Source: Candidatus Sigynarchaeum calidifontis (GTDB lineage: Archaea > Asgardarchaeota > Lokiarchaeia > Sigyniarchaeales > Sigyniarchaeaceae). From it: a stretch of DNA of 64,000 nt. The notes under the pieces are model-generated. The model did not search any database. It worked only from the letters and a program-made list of their open reading frames with translations, and was not told the origin of the DNA. Position numbers and translations under genes: made by a program. Numbering within the stretch: the stretch's first letter is position 1; each line of letters opens with the position of its first letter. Positions 18,182 through 27,536 of the stretch are shown here, in pieces. The DNA is taken from contig JAUQYZ020000078.1 of the NCBI GenBank assembly GCA_030587475.2, positions 22,113 through 86,112 on the forward strand. Reading direction: 5' to 3'.

Positions 18182-19387
18182 TTAATCGTGTCGATGGTCT
18201 TGAAGCGATCGGTACCAATGCGCCCCTCTTGCTAGATACGCGCGGAGGATCGATAAACCCCCTTCAATCGCCGTGACCGAAGCCACGACGATGTATATCC
18301 ATTCCGAAAAGGCCGCGAGGTCCGGTAGCTTGATCGGGATGAACGCGATATAAGCGGCGACGAGCCAACCGACGAGCAGCAGCACGCCGGTCGTGCCCCG
18401 CGCGCCGGCGGGGAACAGCTCGGAAACGACGTGCCACGCGGGAAGCACGAGCGGGATGCCGAGCACGATAACGGGGAAGGTGATGAGGGTACCCGTGGAA
18501 GCCATGTAAAATAGAAGTGCCAAGCCAGCCCCGCCACACGCGATAGCGGCGATGCTTCCCCACACGGGCCATTTTCTCGTAACGATCGCGACGAGGGCTG
18601 CGATCGCCGCCCCGGCGATCACGTTGCTGAACAGCAAGGAGCCGTTGACGGGATCGACGGGGATTTTCAAGTGCCCGAAAAAGACGAGCATGGCAAGGAG
18701 CCCGATCCCGGCGGAGAGGAACCAGGAGATCGTTCCCGTGATGGCCATGGCGACATGCCGCCCCGGCAGCACGGGCAACGGCGAGGGCTTCATGCCAAGC
18801 CATGGCAACAACGTGCCGGCTCCCTTCCCGGCCAAGACGATCAGCCCAGTTGCCGACGCCGCGAGCGACAGCATGAGGCCCGTGGTCGACGGGACGAGAA
18901 GGGTCGTGAAAAAATGGATACCCGTCCCGAGCGCGAGCCCAGCGGGGAAGATCACGTTACCTTCCCAATTGCCAGAGCGGGAGCACACCTCGAGCATGCC
19001 GCCGCAAAGCAGGATTGCCAGGCATGCGATGGCCGCGTAGTTCAGTGCCATTGGCTGGGTCTCGACACCGAGAAACCCGACCAGGGGGATGGTCTGGTTC
19101 GCATACTCCATGACAGGGTACTGCACGAGGGTGAGGAACCCCACGACCGCCATACTCGCGGCGCTCGCAACCGTGACCCAGAACGTCTTTCCCCGGGTTG
19201 TCGTTAGTACCAAGATGCCCGCGAACACCGCCACGCCCAGGAGCACGAAGTCGAAGGCCGTCGCGTTCTCGAAATAACCTCGCGTTCTCGTGAACAAGTG
19301 GAACGGGGCGACCAGGCCAGCATCGAGCCCGCAAGCGACCAACAAGACGCGGAGCGGAAAGCCCGGCCCGTCTTGTCTTGCGGTCAC
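18182..19387 (-). CDS. Unassigned 12-TM membrane protein (6+6 topology)
   Basis: About 12 hydrophobic segments with a central Pro-rich loop; GTG start overlaps the upstream GH stop (GTGA). Confidence 0.7.
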   Translation of the reverse strand: MTARQDGPGFPLRVLLVACGLDAGLVAPFHLFTRTRGYFENATAFDFVLLGVAVFAGILVLTTTRGKTFWVTVASAASMAVVGFLTLVQYPVMEYANQTIPLVGFLGVETQPMALNYAAIACLAILLCGGMLEVCSRSGNWEGNVIFPAGLALGTGIHFFTTLLVPSTTGLMLSLAASATGLIVLAGKGAGTLLPWLGMKPSPLPVLPGRHVAMAITGTISWFLSAGIGLLAMLVFFGHLKIPVDPVNGSLLFSNVIAGAAIAALVAIVTRKWPVWGSIAAIACGGAGLALLFYMASTGTLITFPVIVLGIPLVLPAWHVVSELFPAGARGTTGVLLLVGWLVAAYIAFIPIKLPDLAAFSEWIYIVVASVTAIEGGLSILRAYLARGAHWYRSLQDHRHD

Positions 19388-20946
19388 GGCACACCACCTC
19401 TTGCTCGTTTATTCGATATCGTGGCGAGTAAACCGGTACGCTTGAACAAGAACAAGAGCCCGAGCATCAATGCTGCTGGCATGCCTACAAGCAGCAATAT
19501 CATCCCTGGGGTATGGGTGAACTCGACAAAAACGGCGAGTGGTTGATCTATGGCCGCCGGGTTCGTGTAATTGAGCTCGAGCAGCACGGGCGTGAAACCG
19601 ATATCGATCGAGTACCGTGCAACGCCGGTCGTGGTTCGAGAGCCATTCGCGAAGTAATCGTAATTCGTGGCGTGGAAGGGAACGAGAGCCCCCGCGCTGG
19701 AAACCGGAGAAACCAGCGAGATCGTGGCGGACGTTGCGGTGTTCTGCGACCAGAGCACGAGGACGGTCGTTTTGCGAGCAGTGAAGAAGTAGGTCGCCCA
19801 CACCTTGCCACCCGCGGGCGCGCGGACAGCCACCCCGCCGGGGAAACACGTGCCGTTCTGGATGAGATGGCTCAAACGCCAGTATGCAAAACCTGCTGGC
19901 TTGAGACCATAGGTATACGTCGTTTTATTGGTGCATTCCATCAAGCCAAATCGTCCCTCGCCTTCCGTGTCGTTCACGTCGCACCAGTCATTCTGGCAAT
20001 ACCAGAAAACGCTGCTAATGTTTGCCGGGATCGCCTCGGCGTACACCTTCAACACCTGGGTTGCCTGGTATCGATTATTCTCGGCGACGAGGGTCGTGCC
20101 GATCTGCGCGTTGGTCGCGACCGCCGTGGACATGCCGATTTCCGTGATCCACACGGGCTTGTCTTCCATGCCGTGTGCGGTCATCCATTCGTGCACGTCG
20201 GCCATCTTCTGGACCAGGCTTTCGGCATTCCTGCCCGAGTACGCGTGGTATGCGATGATATCATACGTGTCACTGAAGTTCTGCAGCCCATAATAGGCGA
20301 CCATCTTGTCGAGGTACTCGATCTCGGGGCCGACGATGCCGGGCGAGAGGATGATCGCTGAGGGATCGTTTATTCGCACGATGGACGCGAGTTTCTGCGA
20401 AAACTCGAAAAAGTCGTTGTCCGACCCGATCCAGAAGCCGATGTTCGGCTCGTTCCAGATCTCGTAGTATTTCAGCGTACCCGCGTACCTCGTGACGAAA
20501 GCTTTCGTAAAGTTGTAGTAGTATGGCCAATCCTCCCTCGGTAAAGCTTTGTTGTTGGGCCACCAGCCCCATCCATAAACAAAGCAACCGAGCGACTCGA
20601 TGCCCCGGCTCGTGAGGTTCCCGAACAAGTTATCGTAATACTGGAAGTTGTAAATGCCCGCGGTCTTGCCGTAATACCTAGCGCACTCGAACCACTCGAT
20701 GTTGTTTCGTAATATCCGCGTCCCTAACAATCTCGTGTTGTTCGCGTGGTATTCCCATTGTGCCGGCGCATGGCTGATGCACATCTGGTCGACGACGGGG
20801 ATCGCCGACGCCGGCTCCAGGGTAACCGGGCCAGTGACGTCGGCCGGAACGAGGGCATACACCGGTAAACCGACGCCCACCACGATCGTGGCGATGATCA
20901 AGCCGAACTCAAGACTTCGCTTTGAATCATGATCTCCAACGGCCAT
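19384..20946 (-). CDS. Membrane-anchored clan GH-A glycoside hydrolase (GH39/GH5-like)
   Basis: YYEIWNEPN (acid/base), IAYHAY, PVWITEIG (nucleophile), FGL; N- and C-terminal TM anchors; many sequons. Confidence 0.85.
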   Translation of the reverse strand: MAVGDHDSKRSLEFGLIIATIVVGVGLPVYALVPADVTGPVTLEPASAIPVVDQMCISHAPAQWEYHANNTRLLGTRILRNNIEWFECARYYGKTAGIYNFQYYDNLFGNLTSRGIESLGCFVYGWGWWPNNKALPREDWPYYYNFTKAFVTRYAGTLKYYEIWNEPNIGFWIGSDNDFFEFSQKLASIVRINDPSAIILSPGIVGPEIEYLDKMVAYYGLQNFSDTYDIIAYHAYSGRNAESLVQKMADVHEWMTAHGMEDKPVWITEIGMSTAVATNAQIGTTLVAENNRYQATQVLKVYAEAIPANISSVFWYCQNDWCDVNDTEGEGRFGLMECTNKTTYTYGLKPAGFAYWRLSHLIQNGTCFPGGVAVRAPAGGKVWATYFFTARKTTVLVLWSQNTATSATISLVSPVSSAGALVPFHATNYDYFANGSRTTTGVARYSIDIGFTPVLLELNYTNPAAIDQPLAVFVEFTHTPGMILLLVGMPAALMLGLLFLFKRTGLLATISNKRARGGVP

Positions 20947-20947
20947 G

Positions 20948-22144
20948 TCATTCCCTCAAGTAATGCGCTACCTTCTCGACGCCGCGGATGTATTGGTCGA
21001 CGAGCTCGCCTTTCTCGTCCCACGGGAAGTTCGGGAACGAAACGAGACTGGAAACCAGGTTCTCCGTGAATTGCAATGCATTCGGGTTGTACCCGCGTTC
21101 CGTGAAGTAGGCTTGCTTGTGCAGCAGCTCGTACCGGCTTTGACCCACGCGGAGCCCTTCGGTGACAAGCATTTGCACGAGCTCGCCCCGCTGGATGATG
21201 CCCGGCCCGTCGTCGTACACGACCTGGTTCATGAAATAGCCCCGCTTCACGTGTTTCGGGATCTCGGGCAAGAAGAAGCCCGTGCCCTCGATGTCCTTGA
21301 TGCCTTTCCGAAACCTCTCGCAATTCCTCGTGATGCGGCCGTTAACCTCGGGAAACTTCTTGAGCTGGCAGAGGGCGATGGCCGCATGCAGCGGTGATAG
21401 CCGGTGCTTCAAGCCTAGTCCCGTCTTCTTGTATTTCTTGTACACGTCGCGCTCGAGGTCGTTCAACCGCTCGTAATGCCCGAGGGCCACCGACTTCTCG
21501 TAAATCTCGACGTCGTTGGTCACGAGCACCCCTGCCTCGCCTCCCGGCATTATCTTGGATCCTTGCAGCGAGAACGCCGCGCACTTCCCGAACGTGCCCA
21601 CCTTCTTTCCCTTGTACTGGGCGCCGTGCGCGTGGGACGCGTCCTCGATGACAGCGATGCCGTGCTTCTCTGCGATCTCCATGATGGGATCCATGTCGCA
21701 CGGGTACCCGTAGAGGTGAACGGGAACGATAGCCTTGGTCTTGGGTGTAACCTTTTTCCTGACATCATCGGGGTCGATACCGAGCGATGCCTTCTCGGAC
21801 TCGCAGAAGACGATCCTCGCGCCGAGGAACGCGGCGGGCATGACCGATGCCCAGTAGGTGTTGGTCGGGGCAATGACCTCATCGCCTGGTTTTATATCGA
21901 TGGCAAAGAAGGCGGACAACAAGCACGCGGTGCCGTTTACCTGCGGGAGCGCGTACCTGGTGCCGGTGAACCTCGCGAACTCCTTCGCGAACTCGTCAAC
22001 TACGCTCGATGTCGAGATATCTCCCTTGCGGAGCAGCGCGAGGACGGCTTCCTCCTCCTCCTTTCCCATGACCGGCCATTTCAGCAACTTGTCCTGGTCC
22101 AGCGTGATGGCCTTCGGGCCACCGTCGATCGCGAGTTTATCCAT
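20948..22144 (-). CDS. DegT/DnrJ/EryC1/StrS family PLP sugar aminotransferase
   Basis: NGTACL, GDEVIAP, IVPVHLYG, IEDASHAHGA, FSLQGSKIMPGGEAG (PLP lysine). Confidence 0.93.
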   Translation of the reverse strand: MDKLAIDGGPKAITLDQDKLLKWPVMGKEEEEAVLALLRKGDISTSSVVDEFAKEFARFTGTRYALPQVNGTACLLSAFFAIDIKPGDEVIAPTNTYWASVMPAAFLGARIVFCESEKASLGIDPDDVRKKVTPKTKAIVPVHLYGYPCDMDPIMEIAEKHGIAVIEDASHAHGAQYKGKKVGTFGKCAAFSLQGSKIMPGGEAGVLVTNDVEIYEKSVALGHYERLNDLERDVYKKYKKTGLGLKHRLSPLHAAIALCQLKKFPEVNGRITRNCERFRKGIKDIEGTGFFLPEIPKHVKRGYFMNQVVYDDGPGIIQRGELVQMLVTEGLRVGQSRYELLHKQAYFTERGYNPNALQFTENLVSSLVSFPNFPWDEKGELVDQYIRGVEKVAHYLRE

Positions 22145-22157
22145 TCGTTAATGCCTC

Positions 22158-23069
22158 TTATTTCTTTTCGATGGCTGGTAATGACGCGGTAGGCGGGGAT
22201 GCCGAGAGAACGCGGTTCAAGCCCGCTGCGGACGAAAAACACAAGACGATGATGCCAACGATGTTAAGCACGAACGCGAGCAATTGGAACAGTCCAAGTG
22301 GCAACCGATAAACGACAGCATCGTTGATAAAGGGTATGATAATGAGGAAGGAGCTCATGGCCGGTACTACCAGGCTGGCATTTCCGCCCTTCTTAAATGC
22401 ATATTGGGTAACCCAAAACGCGCACTGGCCGAGTAAAATACTCACGAGAAGCCACGCATTGAATACCGTTCCGGCGATGTCGTGTTTTCCTGTTGAAACG
22501 GAGAACGCGGTGGCCACGGCAGCGAACCCGTTGAAGAGTCCGGCTAGTGAACCAAACACGATGCCGTAGGCACTCCTCGTCTTCAAAGAATAGATCACGA
22601 CCGCCGCGGAAATCGCGGCAGCGATTATCGCATAAACGGCGAAATCAGGAGTTGGCAATGGTTCCGAAATATCCGGATAGTCGATGCCTAGTAAGGCCGT
22701 ACCGACGATGATGATTGCGATCCCGACGACCTGGAGGAGCGTGATCTTCTCCTTGATGATCCGTGCGGCGAAAAGGACGACCGAGATGATGCCGATCCCG
22801 CTTAAAGCAACGAAAATCGAGGACTGCTTGAGAAATATCTGTGCAACCACCGACAACACGGCCGCGATTGCGGTCAATAGCGTGCCGATGAGCCAGATGA
22901 TTATTTTCCGCCTATCCTCGGGATTTTCTTTCCACTTTTTAAGGATATCCTTCCCCAACGTTTCGGCACCGATGCGCTGCACCCCTTTTCCGAGATTAAG
23001 GCAAATAGACGTCACTATGGAGAGAAATATGCCCAGAAAGAGGTTGGGTTCGAGCACGATCTGGTTCAT
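22158..23069 (-). CDS. DMT superfamily transporter, NIPA-like
   Basis: SICLNLGKGVQR, WLIG, IIKEKIT...GIAIIIVG, TQYAF...ASLVVP; about 9 TM. Confidence 0.78.
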   Translation of the reverse strand: MNQIVLEPNLFLGIFLSIVTSICLNLGKGVQRIGAETLGKDILKKWKENPEDRRKIIIWLIGTLLTAIAAVLSVVAQIFLKQSSIFVALSGIGIISVVLFAARIIKEKITLLQVVGIAIIIVGTALLGIDYPDISEPLPTPDFAVYAIIAAAISAAVVIYSLKTRSAYGIVFGSLAGLFNGFAAVATAFSVSTGKHDIAGTVFNAWLLVSILLGQCAFWVTQYAFKKGGNASLVVPAMSSFLIIIPFINDAVVYRLPLGLFQLLAFVLNIVGIIVLCFSSAAGLNRVLSASPPTASLPAIEKK

Positions 23070-23086
23070 GGTTTAAGGTCATCTCG

Positions 23087-24817
23087 CTAACCATTTAACC
23101 TTGCATCCCAGAACCGGGCGACCTCGTCATCGGGGATGTCCCATGTTCGATTCGTTGGTACGAGACACTCTTTTTTAAAGAATTCTGGTAGCGAATCATC
23201 TTTCTTCATGAAACCTGCTTTCTTGTTGAAATCGAGTTCCTTCTTGAGCATCTCCTTTGCCTTCCGCAAGAGATCGTCCTGGGTCATCGACGTGCCATAG
23301 CGCGCGTTGATGAGCCTGGCTGCACGATCGAGTGTCGTGAAGCTCGGGCCGACGAAATAACAAAGACCGAGCATGTCGCACCCTCCAATGAGTACCTGGA
23401 GCTCGAACGACAAGTCCAACTTCCCTTTACTGTCGAAAACGTCGCCATAATCTTTTTTCGGGTCGTATCCAGGCCGCTTGTAAATAGCCGCTCCTGCTGT
23501 GTGGTCCGCACCCATGGGGCTCGTGCAGAACGTGGCACCCATGCCCTTGTACGTCCGCGGGTCGTAGGCCGATATGCCTTGCTTCTTAACCGTCGGCAAT
23601 CGCTGGACCCCAAGCTGCGTTCCGACCCGGTGCGCGCCCTTCCCGAAAAATTTACCCTTGTCCGTGGCATTCTTGATCTCCCCGAGCACCTCGAACACTG
23701 CCCTGGCATCACCGAACTCGTATTTGCCCGCCTCCATGAGCACGCCCATCATGTTGCCAAACTCGATAGTATCGATGCCGATATCGTCGCATTCGTGATC
23801 GATTCTCGCGATCGTGTCGATGTCGTCGATCAGCAAGTTCGAACCGTTCATGGCGATGGTTTCGTATTCCAGGGATGACGTCGCGTGCCTTCCATCGGGG
23901 CCAATGACTAGGTTCGAGCACTGGATCGCGCAGCCAGGCATGCAAGGGATCCCGAACCGCCCCTTGCGCTGGACGATGAGCTCGTGGAGATGGTCACCGC
24001 CGATCTTCTCGGCGCCCGAGAACGTGCCCTCGCGAAAGTTTTTCGTCGGCAAGCCTTGCAGCATCTGGCTGATGCCCACGGTCATCGCGGTGCCGAGCTT
24101 GCTGAACCCCGCGCGGCTGACCTTGAGTTCCTTCGCCCATGGCGTCGCGATGGACTTGAACGCCGGGGCATCCACGTAAGAGATATTCACCCCTTTCTTC
24201 GGCTCGATGACGATCGCCTTGATGCCCTTGCTGCCCATGACCGCGCCAGGCCCGCCGCGCGCCGCGTGGCGCGTCGGGTAGTTCTGCAAATCTTGCACGG
24301 CGATCGAGGCCATGAGCAGCTGGTTCGCGCCAGCCTGGCCTATCGAGATGACCGATGCAGAGCTCCCGAACCGTTTCACCAGTTTCTCGCAGATATCATA
24401 GTTCCCGGTCGTCCTCGGCTCATCGGCCGGCTCCCACGCGATCGAGCCATCGCTCTTGATGATAAGATAGTGGAAGGTGCCATCGGTCGGGCAGTTCTCC
24501 AGGACGATGGCGCGGATGTCGTGCATGCCGAGCGCAAACCCAGCCTTCCCACCGACGTTTGCTTCCTTAATCCCTCCCGTGAGCGGGCTCTTGCAGCCAG
24601 CGGAAAGGCGTGAGAAGTTGGGCGCGGGCGTCGCGGCAAGAATCCCTGTCGCCAGCACGAGTTTGTTTTCCGGACCTAAAGGATCGGCTTCCGGATTGAC
24701 TTCCTTTGCAATGATAGTTGACGTGAATTCCCGGCCGCCAAAAAACGCGAGCTCTGGAGGTAATTCTTCGATAATAGCGTCTCGGGTCTTCGTGTTCACG
24801 CGGATGATTTTTGCCAA
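23087..24817 (-). CDS. aor: Aldehyde:ferredoxin oxidoreductase (tungstopterin)
   Basis: KSPLTGGIKEANVGG, RGGPGAVMGSKGIKAI, CMPGCAIQC, EYET, CDDIGIDTI, YDPR, GADH. Confidence 0.93.
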   Translation of the reverse strand: MAKIIRVNTKTRDAIIEELPPELAFFGGREFTSTIIAKEVNPEADPLGPENKLVLATGILAATPAPNFSRLSAGCKSPLTGGIKEANVGGKAGFALGMHDIRAIVLENCPTDGTFHYLIIKSDGSIAWEPADEPRTTGNYDICEKLVKRFGSSASVISIGQAGANQLLMASIAVQDLQNYPTRHAARGGPGAVMGSKGIKAIVIEPKKGVNISYVDAPAFKSIATPWAKELKVSRAGFSKLGTAMTVGISQMLQGLPTKNFREGTFSGAEKIGGDHLHELIVQRKGRFGIPCMPGCAIQCSNLVIGPDGRHATSSLEYETIAMNGSNLLIDDIDTIARIDHECDDIGIDTIEFGNMMGVLMEAGKYEFGDARAVFEVLGEIKNATDKGKFFGKGAHRVGTQLGVQRLPTVKKQGISAYDPRTYKGMGATFCTSPMGADHTAGAAIYKRPGYDPKKDYGDVFDSKGKLDLSFELQVLIGGCDMLGLCYFVGPSFTTLDRAARLINARYGTSMTQDDLLRKAKEMLKKELDFNKKAGFMKKDDSLPEFFKKECLVPTNRTWDIPDDEVARFWDARLNG

Positions 24818-24931
24818 TGGATCAGGCCTCTGGTATGATGTCGATCAATTATTATAGCTGATGGCTGAGGTACTATTAAACGGCGGAACCATAAAGAGGT
24901 TCTTGCTTATCACTGAAAGATCGATGATATT

Positions 24932-26482
24932 ATGGCTGGAAAAAAGATACTCGTTATTGACAGTGGCGGTTCTGGTATCCGCGCGATGATTTTCGACGAT
25001 AGAGGCCAGATTGTAGCGCGGGAATACGAAAAAACGCCGCACACCACGCCAGAACCGGGTGCGGTGGAACACGATCCGGAAATGCTGTGGCAAGCGTTAC
25101 TCTCGGTCAGCAAACGATTGCTCGCATCGCAGAAAGATGCCTCCAAGGATATCGTGGCGATGGGCCTCTGCAACCAGCGGGGGAGCTTCGTCCTCTGGGA
25201 AAAAGCAACGGGCCAGCCCATCACGAATCTTATCAATTGGGCAGACGTTCGCGCTGCGAAAACGTGCGATGCCATGAACCATGACAAAAAATGGCTCAAG
25301 CTCAAGGGCTTGGCGAAATTTGCGAGTATTCTTACGCGCAAAACCATGTTCACGGCGACATCCCTCCTTAATTTTACCACGGATCATGCGAGCATCCGGT
25401 TGAAATGGCTGCTCGACAAGGAGCCCGGTCTACGGGCGCGTTGCAAGGCGGGCGAGGTCAAGTTCGGCACGCTCGACACGTGGTTCATCCACAAGCTCAC
25501 GGGCGGGAAGGTGCACGCTTCCGATGTCACGAACGCCGGGGCGACGGGCCTTTATAATCCATTCGATCTCAAGTGGAACAAGATCTTTTTCGACTTGTTC
25601 GACATCGACGCGAGCTTGTTTCCCGAGGTCAAGGATTCCAACGGAGATTTCGGCACGACCGACCCAGCAGCGTTTGATGGCTTGTCCATCCCGATCCGCG
25701 CGGCGGCCGGAGACCAGATGGCTGCCCTCTTCGGCCAACAATGCTTTGATCCAGGGTTGGTGAAGATATCGCAAGGTTCGGGCGCGTTCGTCGATCTCAA
25801 CGTTGGCCCGAAGCCAAAACTTTCGAAGCGCGGCTTGTTGCCGATGATCTCGTGGCGCATCAACGGCAAGGTGAATTACTTGCTCGAGGGAATCGTGGCA
25901 ACGGCGGGCACCTTGATCGACTGGCTTGGCAGCGGCATAGGCTTGTCCGACACGCCCAAGGTGCTCAACGAACTCGCCGCCGAATGCACTGACACGGCCG
26001 GCGTTACTTTCGTCCCGGCCAACGCGGGGATACGGTTCCCGTATTTCAACCCGGAAGCCAGGGGTTGCATCTTCGGCCTCACGCTCGCCACGCACAAGAG
26101 GCACGTCGCCCGTGCCGTGCTCGAGGGCATTGCCTTGTCGCTCTACGATGTCATTCACGGCATGGAAGTCGACACTAAGGTGCCCATCAAGACTATCAAG
26201 GTCGACGGCGGCGTGTCAAAATCTGACATCCTATTGCAATGCCTGGCGGATTTCGCGAACATCAAGGTGATGCGGGCTCCAGAACCGGACATGACGGCGA
26301 CGGGCATCGCCTACCTGGCGGGCCTTGGGGCGGGTATCTGGAAAGATCTCGATGATCTCAAGAAGATCGAGCAGAAATACCAGACATTCGAGCCCAAGAT
26401 GAGCGACGCCGACCGCCAGAAGAAGCTCGCGGAGTGGAAAAAAGCTATCCGCGCGGTCCTGGATGTCTATTCTACCAAGTAA
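24932..26482 (+). CDS. glpK: FGGY-family glycerol kinase, GK5-like
   Basis: [43 protein letters not shown]; insertion after WADVR resembling animal GK5. Confidence 0.85.
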   Translation: MAGKKILVIDSGGSGIRAMIFDDRGQIVAREYEKTPHTTPEPGAVEHDPEMLWQALLSVSKRLLASQKDASKDIVAMGLCNQRGSFVLWEKATGQPITNLINWADVRAAKTCDAMNHDKKWLKLKGLAKFASILTRKTMFTATSLLNFTTDHASIRLKWLLDKEPGLRARCKAGEVKFGTLDTWFIHKLTGGKVHASDVTNAGATGLYNPFDLKWNKIFFDLFDIDASLFPEVKDSNGDFGTTDPAAFDGLSIPIRAAAGDQMAALFGQQCFDPGLVKISQGSGAFVDLNVGPKPKLSKRGLLPMISWRINGKVNYLLEGIVATAGTLIDWLGSGIGLSDTPKVLNELAAECTDTAGVTFVPANAGIRFPYFNPEARGCIFGLTLATHKRHVARAVLEGIALSLYDVIHGMEVDTKVPIKTIKVDGGVSKSDILLQCLADFANIKVMRAPEPDMTATGIAYLAGLGAGIWKDLDDLKKIEQKYQTFEPKMSDADRQKKLAEWKKAIRAVLDVYSTK

Positions 26483-26497
26483 TTTTCCCTTTTTTAT

Positions 26498-27472
26498 CTA
26501 CCAACCTTCTTTCAAGCCGAGGTCGACGAGCTGGCCATACACGAGTGCCACGATGATATTGACGAGCATGTCGGTAGGCAGCTTGTCCGTGCGGGACGGC
26601 GCGATCTCTTTAAGGAAATCTTCGACGACGTGGCGTACTCCACCACCCTCTTCGAATTTTCGCTTCACGTAATCCTTGAAAAACGTCGTGAATTCGAGGT
26701 TCTCGGTCAACACTTGCATCACGGCATCTTTCCCCTTCACGGCGCCGAAATGGCAGTATCCGACAGCATCGGGCTTGAGATCGATGATTTTTTGCAAGCT
26801 CCTGAGATAGGTGGTGGTGCTATACTCTGGTGGCATCGACGTGCCAAAGGTGACGAGCTTGGTCGAGTTGAACAGCGTGCCTGCAGCCTCGGCACAGAAC
26901 ACGAACGAGGCGTGCCCGTCGTTCTCGAGCAGCGTGGGGCAGCAGTGGTCGTCGGTATGCCCAGGCGTCGAAACGAGCTGGAACGATTTTCCCCGTTCGA
27001 GCCCCGGGATCGGCAAAGGCGTGTCCGGGTCGACGATCTCGTATGCCTCCTCTGGAAGAGGGCGCATCTCGCCGACGAACTCGCCGAACGTGCGCCGCGC
27101 GTGCTGCACGTGAACCGCGGGGTTTTGCAGCCGGTCGTGCGTCTTTCGGGTCGTGAGCACCTTGATGGCAGGGTTCTCTGCCTTGAGCATTTCCCATAAC
27201 TTCCATCCACCACCAAAATGGTCGAAATGATAGTGCGACGGGACGAGATATTTTATTTTTTCCTTGGAGGATATGCCTAATTTCTTCATGAAGCGCAACA
27301 GTCTATAGACATCATCCGACGTGCCCGTATCGATGATGGCCACGGCTTCGGGGGTTTCAAGCACGAACGTGGAGATGAGTTTCTTGACCGCATACGCTTG
27401 GATGTCGATGTGGTAGATCTCCTTGGTGAGTTTCCCAGAAGCAGTGATGATGGGGGATGGGGATGGTTCCAT
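26498..27472 (-). CDS. MBL-fold metallo-hydrolase
   Basis: IIDTG, SHYHFDHFGG, TPGHTDDH, HFG. True start most likely ATG 27472. Confidence 0.9.
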   Translation of the reverse strand: MEPSPSPIITASGKLTKEIYHIDIQAYAVKKLISTFVLETPEAVAIIDTGTSDDVYRLLRFMKKLGISSKEKIKYLVPSHYHFDHFGGGWKLWEMLKAENPAIKVLTTRKTHDRLQNPAVHVQHARRTFGEFVGEMRPLPEEAYEIVDPDTPLPIPGLERGKSFQLVSTPGHTDDHCCPTLLENDGHASFVFCAEAAGTLFNSTKLVTFGTSMPPEYSTTTYLRSLQKIIDLKPDAVGYCHFGAVKGKDAVMQVLTENLEFTTFFKDYVKRKFEEGGGVRHVVEDFLKEIAPSRTDKLPTDMLVNIIVALVYGQLVDLGLKEGW

Positions 27473-27536
27473 GGTTGCTAATAGGCGCGCGTCGATTATT
27501 AATCGTCCCGAATGGATAAGTAAGTCGACAGATACC

